DNA from: Candidatus Bathyarchaeia archaeon
Lineage (GTDB): Archaea > Thermoproteota > Bathyarchaeia > Bathyarchaeales > Bathycorpusculaceae
Length of the DNA: 29,934 bases
Assembly (NCBI GenBank): GCA_038883715.1
Contig: JAVZLS010000015.1
Coordinates: 1 to 29,934, forward strand
Direction of reading: 5' to 3'
Of the stretch, positions 9,825 through 17,559 are shown piece after piece. The notes below the pieces were generated by a model. That model saw only the letters and a program-made list of their open reading frames with translations, was not told where the DNA came from and searched no databases. The position numbers and the translations under genes are program-made. Each line of letters starts with the position of its first letter. The stretch's first letter is position 1.

Positions 9825-10825
9825 GTTAAGGCTAGTTCTTCAAAAACCTTTGCTATTTCCTCCATGCTTAATGGTCTTGGATAGTTGTAGATTGGACCGC
9901 TTGGCTTTTCGTTGTAGTATGGGCGGTTGCAGTATGGGCATCCAGAAGTCTTAAAGGGCTCACCAGAACCAACAATTTGCTTCAATGCCTGTTTATCTAC
10001 GCCAAAACCTGTTATGCAACCATTTTCGTCAAAGGTCATGGCTTCAACCCTTGAAATTTTGTGGAAGATTAAATGTCTGGCCAGCTGCACCCGTCTGTAC
10101 TGTTGGATTGGAGGCTGCCCTAAACTTTCTAGAGCTGTTCCAGCGACTGGTGTAAAAGCAAAGAGGGCTGGCAAAACACCCATATCAACGCATCTTTGAA
10201 TCATCTCCACCATTTCCCTTTCAGACTCGCCTAAACCAACAATTAGGTGAGTGCTGACTTTTCCCTCCCCAAAAACTTTCACAGCCTCCTTAAGTAGCTC
10301 CAGCTGCCTCTCCATGTTGTATGGTCCGCCAGCGGAAGCACCCTTAACCTTGTCAAAAATTTCCGGAGTTGCCGCATCCAATGGTATGCCTATTCTTTCA
10401 ACGCCAGCCTCTGCCAAACGCCTTATGTTTTCTGGGCTTATGGGCTGACATGAAACAGATATTGGGACGCTCACGCGTTTGGAGATTTCCCTTGCAAATG
10501 CTTGGATATGCTCATGGACTTGTGGATAGTTTAGGGCTTGTATGCATACGCGCCTAATTCTGCCATCTTTTGCGGACGCTTCTATTCCATCGAGTACTCG
10601 TCTTGCGCTGAAGGCTGGCCACGTAACCCTTGAGAGCATGTCGGCTCTGCTGTGGCTTTTTCTTGCTTGGGGACAGAATCCGCAGTTGGCTAGGCACTTC
10701 CCACGCCTATACGTCATTAAATAGGCTGTTGTTGGTTTAGCGTCAAGCCTGCCATTAATTAGTCCTAAAACTATGGCTGAGCCTAGTGAAACACGAATCT
10801 TATTTGGAATTTTCGCGGCTGTCAA
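9821..10825 (-). CDS. lipS2: Radical SAM lipoyl synthase subunit LipS2
   Basis: CLANCGFC radical SAM motif plus C-terminal TSGCPYCNRP, matching the TxGCPxC(N/D)RP signature of Thermococcus LipS2. Confidence 0.8.
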   Translation of the reverse strand: MTAAKIPNKIRVSLGSAIVLGLINGRLDAKPTTAYLMTYRRGKCLANCGFCPQARKSHSRADMLSRVTWPAFSARRVLDGIEASAKDGRIRRVCIQALNYPQVHEHIQAFAREISKRVSVPISVSCQPISPENIRRLAEAGVERIGIPLDAATPEIFDKVKGASAGGPYNMERQLELLKEAVKVFGEGKVSTHLIVGLGESEREMVEMIQRCVDMGVLPALFAFTPVAGTALESLGQPPIQQYRRVQLARHLIFHKISRVEAMTFDENGCITGFGVDKQALKQIVGSGEPFKTSGCPYCNRPYYNEKPSGPIYNYPRPLSMEEIAKVFEELALT

Positions 10826-10935
10826 AGATTTTCACATTTTGTTAGCGTTTCAGATGTCTTTCTGCTATTGATTCTGAATTCATAAGTATTATTATCATTA
10901 TCGTTGTCAAACCATGATTTCGAGTGTGAAGAAGT

Positions 10936-11268
10936 TTGCGAAGGTCCAAGCTTGAAAACTATGAGGCTATATTGGCAGCCTTGGCCAAAAGACCCTTAAC
11001 AGTTGACAGCATAGCCTACAAAACTAACATGGACTGCACCGTTCTTGGGCAGTACTTGGAATCCTTAATGAGGAACGGGCTAGTTGTGGAGAAAATCACA
11101 GGCAAAAAGAAGCTTTACGCCATAACCGAGAGAGGCTTGTCGGTTTTTAGAACCCTAAGCTTCCAGAGGTATTTGGAGAAAATCGCCAAAACAATCAAGA
11201 CTGTTAACACTTTGGAAACAGCGCCAACTCCGACCATATCGAGCAATGAAGAAGAAAATAAAAGTTGA
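10936..11268 (+). CDS. Archaeal winged helix-turn-helix regulator
   Basis: Pattern RRSKLE...IL..L...IAYKTN...YL..L...GLV.....Y.ITERG is typical of small archaeal wHTH proteins. Confidence 0.8.
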   Translation: MRRSKLENYEAILAALAKRPLTVDSIAYKTNMDCTVLGQYLESLMRNGLVVEKITGKKKLYAITERGLSVFRTLSFQRYLEKIAKTIKTVNTLETAPTPTISSNEEENKS

Positions 11269-11326
11269 AGTTGCAGACGCCAGCGAAAGTTATTAAGGCT
11301 CTTCTAGGGCTTTAGTAGAGAGGAAA

Positions 11327-12319
11327 ATGGCACAATTCACTCCAGAAACCATTTGGCAGATGAACAAAGAAGAGTTCTCAAAACTTTTAGAAAACAACGC
11401 CTTCCGTTCTGAAAGGAGAAGCATCTGCTTTTATGCTCCAAGCTTCACATACTATAAGACGGCTTACTTCTGCTCTTCACCCAAGGATTTTCCAACAATC
11501 TCCGTGACAGGGAAGGGCTGCGCATTAAACTGTAAACACTGTGGCGGAAAAGTTCTCGAAACCATGCGTCCGGCTAGAACCCCGGAAGAGCTTTACAATT
11601 TGTGTGCAAAGCTTAAGGCAGATGGAGCCGTCGGCTGCCTAATCAGTGGCGGCTGCCTACCAGACGGTTCTGTTCCACTGGATAGGTTCACAGAAGCCAT
11701 TAGGCGGGTTAAGGCTGATTTTGGCTTGAAAATTTTTGCGCATGTCGGAATTGTGAACTATGAAAAGGCTGTAAAGCTTAAGGAAGCTTGTGTTGACGCC
11801 GCCCTAATCGATGTTATTGGGGATAATGAAACAATACGGGAAATTTACAACTTGAAAGTTACAGTTAGGGATTATGAAGACGCGTTAAAGGCGTTAAGTC
11901 AGTCCAGCTTGTGTTTCGTCCCCCACGTAATTGTTGGGCTTCATTATGGACGGCTGAAAGGGGAATTTTATGCCTTGCAGATGATTTCCAAATATAAGCC
12001 ATCAGCCCTGGTCATAATCGCTTTCATGCCCATACACGGCACAATAATGGAGAATGTGAAACCGCCAGAACCGATGGAAATAGCTAAGGTTTTAGCCACT
12101 GCAAGGGTTATGTTTCCAAAAATTCCGATAGCCTTGGGTTGCATGCGACCAAAGGGTAAGCACAGAGCAGAAACAGACACCTTAGCCATAAAAGCCGGTG
12201 CTGACGCCATAGCCTTTCCATCCGAAGACGCCATAAAATACGCCAAGGCACAAAGCTATAAGATTAGTTTTTCATCCCACTGTTGTGCGCAGATTTACGC
12301 TGACATTTTAAGGGTTTGA
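11327..12319 (+). CDS. lipS1: Radical SAM lipoyl synthase subunit LipS1
   Basis: CALNCKHC radical SAM motif plus GCMR and C-terminal CC (HCCAQ), the LipS1 signatures. Confidence 0.8.
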   Translation: MAQFTPETIWQMNKEEFSKLLENNAFRSERRSICFYAPSFTYYKTAYFCSSPKDFPTISVTGKGCALNCKHCGGKVLETMRPARTPEELYNLCAKLKADGAVGCLISGGCLPDGSVPLDRFTEAIRRVKADFGLKIFAHVGIVNYEKAVKLKEACVDAALIDVIGDNETIREIYNLKVTVRDYEDALKALSQSSLCFVPHVIVGLHYGRLKGEFYALQMISKYKPSALVIIAFMPIHGTIMENVKPPEPMEIAKVLATARVMFPKIPIALGCMRPKGKHRAETDTLAIKAGADAIAFPSEDAIKYAKAQSYKISFSSHCCAQIYADILRV

Positions 12320-12424
12320 TGCATGTATTCTGTTTATTGTTGATAAAGCATTCGTTGTTTGCAGTTTTATGGAAAGTATTAAATGTGGACGTCTTCAAAA
12401 TTTATGGTTAAGGTTGATGTGTGC

Positions 12425-12628
12425 ATGCCGAAAGTTAAGGTTGACTGGAGTAAGTGCAACGGCGACGGCGTCTGTGTTGAAATTTGTCCAGTAAATGTTT
12501 TTGAACTCAAGAAGTTGCCGGAATATCCGGACACTCAGAAGTCTGTTCCCGTTAGGGAAGGCGACTGCATAGCTTGCATGGCTTGTGTGACATCTTGCCC
12601 AACGCAAGCGATAACTGTTGAAGAGTGA
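12425..12628 (+). CDS. Dicluster ferredoxin (one CxxDxxC site)
   Basis: CNGDGVCVEICP and CIACMACVTSCP. ATG 12425 is preferred because the longer ORF starts directly at the GAAAGTATTAAA promoter-like motif. Confidence 0.9.
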   Translation: MPKVKVDWSKCNGDGVCVEICPVNVFELKKLPEYPDTQKSVPVREGDCIACMACVTSCPTQAITVEE

Positions 12629-12649
12629 AGGTGCCGCTAAAACTTGCGC

Positions 12650-12775
12650 TTGGTTCCTCCTAATGAAGAAGTATTTTCTATACTGTTTAAACCTAACCCT
12701 TTCGTAAACGTGGATTGCAGGGGCATTCTCATGCTTTTCTGAACAGAAATGAAGTAGGCATTTTTAGGATTTTCA
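12650..12775 (-). pseudogene. Relic of a GNAT acetyltransferase C-terminus
   Basis: A minus frame reads ENAPAIHVYERVRFKQYRKYFFI (12730-12662), resembling the GNAT N.PAI..YE..GF motif. There is no start codon and no upstream domain. Confidence 0.4.
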
Positions 12776-12785
12776 GTGGTTGAGG

Positions 12786-13727
12786 CTAAGTTATGTGGTT
12801 GAATGTTTCTAGGGTGAAGGCTGCTGCGGCTATGGCCATTATGAGTATGCTCCATGCTCTTGTTATTTTATGGCTTCGTCTATTCATGACAAATAGAATG
12901 AGAGTTACGATAATCATGAACGGGACTGTTGTTAAAATCTCCTGCAGCGTTACCGGGAAAGACTTTATCAGTGCGACTATTCCGAAAACCAGCGTGGCCG
13001 TTATAATGTTGTCGCCTATAACGTTGCCTATGGATATTTCTTGTTCGCCGTGGAGGGCTGCAGCCACTGAAACGGCTGTTTCTGGGATTACGCAGCCTAA
13101 AGCCATTATTGTTAGTCCCGCGTAGAAGTGGCTTAGGCCGAAAATTTCAGCCATGGCTGTGGCGCTGTAAACGAGCAGAAAAGTACCGGCTATTAGGGCG
13201 GTGCCGCCAAGAATCATTATGGCTGCTGGTTTGGAGGTGTTTTCTCTTGTTTGGTTTGTGGGGTTTTCGTTGCCGTTCCCCTTTCGTATTGAGTAGTAGA
13301 TGAAGGCTGGATAAAGTGCCAAGAAGATTAGTCCGATCCACCATGTCACTGTGCCAGTAGCCATTGTCAGCAGCATTAGTAGGGCGGCTAGGCCTATCAT
13401 GAGGAGGCATTCCTTGTTGATGGTGGAGTTTTTCATTTTGAACTCGCCGATTAAGCCGCATATGCCTATTATTAGGGGGACGTTGTAGATGTTTGAGCCT
13501 ATTATGTTGCCGAAGGCCATCTGTGAAGAGCTGAAAACGGCTGCGAAGAGTGAGCTGAAAAGTTCTGGGGCTGATGTTACGGAGGCTACGAAAACTGTTC
13601 CTACGACGACTTTATGGAGGTTTAGACTGTTGGCTAGGCGTGCGGCTGCATCCACTATCTTTTTTGAGCCGAGATAGAGGAGCAGCAGACTGGCTATGAA
13701 GGCTGCTACGCTTAATGGTAGGTTCAT
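12786..13727 (-). CDS. Ca2+/Na+ antiporter (CaCA / YrbG family)
   Basis: Alpha repeats TSAPE...GNIIGSNIYN and CVIPE...GNVIGDN; about 10 transmembrane segments. Confidence 0.9.
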   Translation of the reverse strand: MNLPLSVAAFIASLLLLYLGSKKIVDAAARLANSLNLHKVVVGTVFVASVTSAPELFSSLFAAVFSSSQMAFGNIIGSNIYNVPLIIGICGLIGEFKMKNSTINKECLLMIGLAALLMLLTMATGTVTWWIGLIFLALYPAFIYYSIRKGNGNENPTNQTRENTSKPAAIMILGGTALIAGTFLLVYSATAMAEIFGLSHFYAGLTIMALGCVIPETAVSVAAALHGEQEISIGNVIGDNIITATLVFGIVALIKSFPVTLQEILTTVPFMIIVTLILFVMNRRSHKITRAWSILIMAIAAAAFTLETFNHIT

Positions 13728-13813
13728 ATGCAATCCTTGGCATTTTTGTTATCATTTTCCCATCACACTTCAAAAACGGAGATATAAACCTATCTGGACT
13801 TTAAGCCTTATAT

Positions 13814-13855
13814 CAAGCATGAACCAAGCATGCCTTAAACAAAAACTCAAGCATG
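13814..13855. repeat. Three direct CAAGCATG repeats upstream of the antiporter promoter
   Basis: Exact copies start at 13814, 13825 and 13848. Confidence 0.7.
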
Positions 13856-13860
13856 AAATT

Positions 13861-14994
13861 TTATTGGAGTGTTGGCGGAATGAAAACCCTAAGCCTGTTC
13901 AAGGCGTTGAGCTTTTCTTTGCCTCCCAGTTTTGCGTCTTCAATAGCCCTTCTTAGGATTTGTATGGATTCATCCATGGCTTTTCTGTCCACTGGGTAGG
14001 GGACGCCGTCTTTTCCGCCATAGGCAAAGGAGTATTTCACAGGGTCTTTCCAGCTTGGCTTTTCGCCGTAAATCAGTTCTGCTATTAGGGCTAAGCCGCG
14101 GACTGTTGCGGCGCCAACGCCCTTAAAGCCTAAAAGCTCTTCGTAGTTTCTTGGTTTGAACTCGTAGACTTGTTGTAGGGCTTTCCAGTTTATGTTGGCT
14201 GGCATGGATAAAACGTCTATTGGGTAGTCTGCCCATTGGGTTTGGGCTGTTTTTGGTAGCCACTCTTCGAGGGATTTTTGGTAGGCTGGGCGTATGGACA
14301 TTATTAGGCGCATAAGCTTCTTGGGTGGCTCACATGCAAGGTCCACTGAGGCTTTTCTGCAGCCTTCGCTTTCTTTTGCCGTCATGTCTAGGGCTATTTC
14401 GCGTTTTGCATCGCCCACTATGGCGTTGTGGGGTTCCACCACAAAGTTTTTGATGTTTTCTGAAAGCCAGTGGTAGCGTCTTGCTGTTCGGTCTTGGGGG
14501 CACATGCCTTGCTGTATAACTGCCCATCGCCCATTCTCGTCTACGAAGAAGGCGTGGTGGTAGAGCTGGTAGCCAGCTTGAATGGCTGTGTTGTCAACTT
14601 TTGCGCTCATCCGGCTGGCGTACTGTAGGCTTCCTATCTTATTTTCTGAAAAACCAAACTTTTCACCCACTAACCCAATTTCAAGGGGCGTCTGCCTAGA
14701 AAATTTTCCTTTTCCGCCGCAGACCGCCACACCATGCTCTTCTGGAATTACTGCTTGCTTCAAAACTCCAGTGACGACTGTTGTTACGCCTGATGAGTGC
14801 CAGTCATAACCCAAAACACAGCCTAAAGCCTGAAACCAAAAGGGGTCTGATAGGCGTTTCAGAAACTCGCCAGTTCCATACTCGTCTATGATTATAGTTA
14901 CTATTTCTCGGGCTAGTTTTCGCATGCGGACAACTAGCCATTTTGGAGCCTTACCATAGTGGAGGGGGAGCTTAGCAACACCTGTTCTTTGCAT
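13861..14994 (-). CDS. DUF763 family protein
   Basis: Motifs LPLHYGKAPKWL, DPFWFQALGCVLGYDWHSSGVTT and FAYGGKDGVPYPVD; helix-hairpin-helix-like LLGFKGVGAATVR. Confidence 0.85.
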   Translation of the reverse strand: MQRTGVAKLPLHYGKAPKWLVVRMRKLAREIVTIIIDEYGTGEFLKRLSDPFWFQALGCVLGYDWHSSGVTTVVTGVLKQAVIPEEHGVAVCGGKGKFSRQTPLEIGLVGEKFGFSENKIGSLQYASRMSAKVDNTAIQAGYQLYHHAFFVDENGRWAVIQQGMCPQDRTARRYHWLSENIKNFVVEPHNAIVGDAKREIALDMTAKESEGCRKASVDLACEPPKKLMRLIMSIRPAYQKSLEEWLPKTAQTQWADYPIDVLSMPANINWKALQQVYEFKPRNYEELLGFKGVGAATVRGLALIAELIYGEKPSWKDPVKYSFAYGGKDGVPYPVDRKAMDESIQILRRAIEDAKLGGKEKLNALNRLRVFIPPTLQ

Positions 14995-15053
14995 TTAGCC
15001 TCTAAACCAATAAAACGCTATAGTTTTAGCCCTATTTTTACCTTGCCAAAATG

Positions 15054-15701
15054 TCAATTTTGCTGCTGGCGGCGAACTGCAAAATTGATAGCCCCTCTAT
15101 AGAATTTTAGCGAAAAGGTCACATTTGTGCTTCCTAAAAGCCACAAAACACTACCCTCTATAGTTTTTGGTCGAATGGTTATGGTTTGTTTTTGTTGATG
15201 TTTCTTTGCGGTTTTTATGATGTTGCGGATTTCTATTGCTATTATTAAGGTTGCCGGGATTATTATTAATAGTGTGAAGCCTATTGGGGTTCTTACAAAA
15301 TAGCCTAGATATCCTATGTAAGGGATTATGGCTATTACCTTTCCTATGACGTCTTGTTTTTTGACTATCCATGTGTCTGGGTCTTCGTTGGCGTCCCCTT
15401 TTGTTATGAAGCCTTGGCTTGTTATGCCTATTATTCTGTGGGTTACCGTTGTGGGATGTTCTGTTTCAACTTTGAAGCATATTATATCGCCTACCTTCAA
15501 GGTTTCTGGGTTGGCTGGTTTTATGACGACTATGCTTCCGACTGGGATGGTGGGCTCCATGCTTCCTGTATGGACCGGTTCGTAGAGGGTGTCACCCCAG
15601 AGCGAGACAGGTCTGTAGAAGACTAGGAAGATTATGAGGAATGTGGCTATGAGGGCGTATATGGCTATTTTCAGGATTTTCCTAATTTTTGGGTTTAGCA
15701 T
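15054..15701 (-). CDS. sipW: Signal peptidase I, SipW/ER type (S26B)
   Basis: TGSMEPT (catalytic Ser), VTHRI (His) and TKGDANEDPD; N- and C-terminal transmembrane segments; overlaps the upstream gene. Confidence 0.9.
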   Translation of the reverse strand: MLNPKIRKILKIAIYALIATFLIIFLVFYRPVSLWGDTLYEPVHTGSMEPTIPVGSIVVIKPANPETLKVGDIICFKVETEHPTTVTHRIIGITSQGFITKGDANEDPDTWIVKKQDVIGKVIAIIPYIGYLGYFVRTPIGFTLLIIIPATLIIAIEIRNIIKTAKKHQQKQTITIRPKTIEGSVLWLLGSTNVTFSLKFYRGAINFAVRRQQQN

Positions 15702-16261
15702 TTCATACCATCATGAGTTGGTGGAAAGCGCACTGTTATAGCTATATAGGCTGTTACTGTTAGTCCTTGATATTCGTTTCCGGCTGTGGCGGGCATCCAT
15801 ACACTGATCTGTAGTGTGACGCTGTCTTTTGGTGGAACAGCCCTCTTGCCATAAACTTTTATACCTTCTGCTAAATTGCTTAGGGTTCCGTTGTAGAGGA
15901 GGTTTGGTTTTTCTCGTCTACCTTTTCCAAGCTCTAAAATTTCTATTTGCAGTCCATCGGCTAGATGGGTGTCTCCTTCAAAAGTGGCATTGAGCATGCA
16001 AATTCGGAAGGGCAAATCTCCAACATTAATCAGTCTTAAATATTTTGTGACCTTTGGGCGTCCGGGGTAGAAGTGACCGTCCACATCTGGATGGAAAAGG
16101 GGAACTTTTGGCGAGATCTCCATGTCAAATTTAATTTTCTTCCCGAAATAAATTGTGCAAGCTGACGCTGTAGGATCATCAGAAGCTAAATTTAGGCTTA
16201 TGAATAACAAAAGGATTGTTAATAATATCAGTACGGCTTTTTTCTTATACACTTTAATCAA
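15695..16261 (-). CDS. Exported TasA/CalY-like accessory protein lacking the SipW-type N-terminus
   Basis: Basic-hydrophobic N-terminus. FYPG...KYLRLINVGDL and VWMPATAGNEYQG resemble the TasA/CalY core. Confidence 0.55.
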   Translation of the reverse strand: MIKVYKKKAVLILLTILLLFISLNLASDDPTASACTIYFGKKIKFDMEISPKVPLFHPDVDGHFYPGRPKVTKYLRLINVGDLPFRICMLNATFEGDTHLADGLQIEILELGKGRREKPNLLYNGTLSNLAEGIKVYGKRAVPPKDSVTLQISVWMPATAGNEYQGLTVTAYIAITVRFPPTHDGMKC

Positions 16262-16280
16262 TCTCCTTAGAGGGTTTTAA

Positions 16281-16300
16281 TAAAAAATGGGGATTTTAGG
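16281..16300 (-). terminator. Probable U-tract terminator/attenuator after the second TasA-like gene
   Basis: The mRNA reads CCUAAAAUCCCCAUUUUUUA between the fibre genes and the accessory gene. Confidence 0.45.
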
Positions 16301-16341
16301 CTGGTTGCAGCGGTGCAGTCTGACTTGTTATTTTTGCTCTT

Positions 16342-16944
16342 TTATGGGTTTTGAGATAGTAGAAATGTGAATGTGATGCTGAGGGTATCTGTCTGTGCTT
16401 GGTTGTCAACACCACCGTGTGTCCACCAGTCATAGAGTTCTACGACAAAGTCGACACCGCCATTAGCCTCAATTGGTTCGTTGATATCCATAAAGCTTGT
16501 TGGAAGATTTTTTATGAGCCCGTTAAAGATTATTTTATCTCCAGTGCTAATCCAGCCGTTGTGATCGTAGTCAAGGAACAGTCTCAAGTTGAGCACGTCG
16601 TCCAGTTCGCCTGTGTCAGCGCTGGTATCTCCCGCCTCTATTTCCGGCTCTGTGAGACCATTTTCTTCGCTGACAACTACGATGTTACTTATGTCTAGAT
16701 AGCCCATTATAGTACCAATGTTTTTGAGCGTTAATGAATAATGTGGCTGATTTCCAGGTCTTAGATTGTTCCAAGTGAAGGTTACTGGCACTCCGTTCTG
16801 GTCGTTTATTGTCAAGTCAAGTGAACCAGCACTGAATGTTGTTATGGTTGTTTCCGTGTCGCTGAATTGGGAGTATGTTCCCCAGCCGACTGCCAAGGCT
16901 ACTAGTCCGATTGCCAGTATTCCAACCAATATTTTCCTGTTCAT
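16342..16944 (-). CDS. TasA/CalY (camelysin, M73) family protein with SipW-type signal peptide
   Basis: MNRKIL-hydrophobic-GWGTYSQFSDTET..FSAGSLDL, NLRPG...LKNIG and the acidic ENGLTEPE...GEL motif. Confidence 0.85.
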   Translation of the reverse strand: MNRKILVGILAIGLVALAVGWGTYSQFSDTETTITTFSAGSLDLTINDQNGVPVTFTWNNLRPGNQPHYSLTLKNIGTIMGYLDISNIVVVSEENGLTEPEIEAGDTSADTGELDDVLNLRLFLDYDHNGWISTGDKIIFNGLIKNLPTSFMDINEPIEANGGVDFVVELYDWWTHGGVDNQAQTDTLSITFTFLLSQNP

Positions 16945-16983
16945 TTTTTATTCTTCCTCCTCCTTTTTACGGGAGAAGGGAGG

Positions 16984-17538
16984 CTAAGTCTGCGTCAGAC
17001 TGAACGTTATCGTAAAGCCAACAACATCGCTCTGTATAACATCGCCCACAGACTCGTCAATACTGTAATTAACTGTGAATGTGACTGAAGCGCCAGCATT
17101 CAACGGATAGTTGGCTAAGCCTCCGCTCAAGACGCCATTGGCATATCCCTCGTAAACTACAGTTCCGTCAACGGTGATTTTCAAGTATAGATTTTCAGCA
17201 AGCTCCCCATAAGGTTCCGTGTCGTCAAGCACAAGTTCTGGCTCCGTCAGCCCATTCTCATTGTCAACAAGGTTGCTAAATGATATGGAAAGTTTGCCAT
17301 TAACAGACCCGATGTTCTTTATAACCACGCTTTCGCTACCGCTGCATCCGGGCAGCAGGTCCGCTAGATCAATCTTCCAGCTTACTGGGTCATCGTCGCC
17401 GACCTTCAAGTTCAATGTTCCAGCAGTAAAAGTCGCCGTAGTCGTCTCCGTGTCGCTAAACTGGCTATAGGTTCCCCAGCCGAGAACAAAGCCAACAAGC
17501 CCAATAATGAATAGGCTTACCAATATTTTCTTGTCCAT
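16984..17538 (-). CDS. TasA/CalY (camelysin, M73) family protein with SipW-type signal peptide
   Basis: MDKKIL-hydrophobic-GWGTYSQFSDTET..FTAGTLNL, DLLPG...IKNIG and ENGLTEPE...GEL. ATG 17538 follows a GAGGTGA RBS. Confidence 0.85.
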   Translation of the reverse strand: MDKKILVSLFIIGLVGFVLGWGTYSQFSDTETTTATFTAGTLNLKVGDDDPVSWKIDLADLLPGCSGSESVVIKNIGSVNGKLSISFSNLVDNENGLTEPELVLDDTEPYGELAENLYLKITVDGTVVYEGYANGVLSGGLANYPLNAGASVTFTVNYSIDESVGDVIQSDVVGFTITFSLTQT

Positions 17539-17559
17539 TTCCGCATCACCTCTCCCTTC

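Noticed and set aside
9819-9831. CCTTAAGTTAAGG inverted repeat and shared TTAA stop codons of convergent genes
   Set aside because: Overlapping stops are common in compact archaeal genomes; there is no evidence of an insertion target.
12637-12855. 72-aa minus-strand ORF
   Set aside because: It overlaps the exchanger 3' end out of frame. The recognisable GNAT-like signal is in a different frame.
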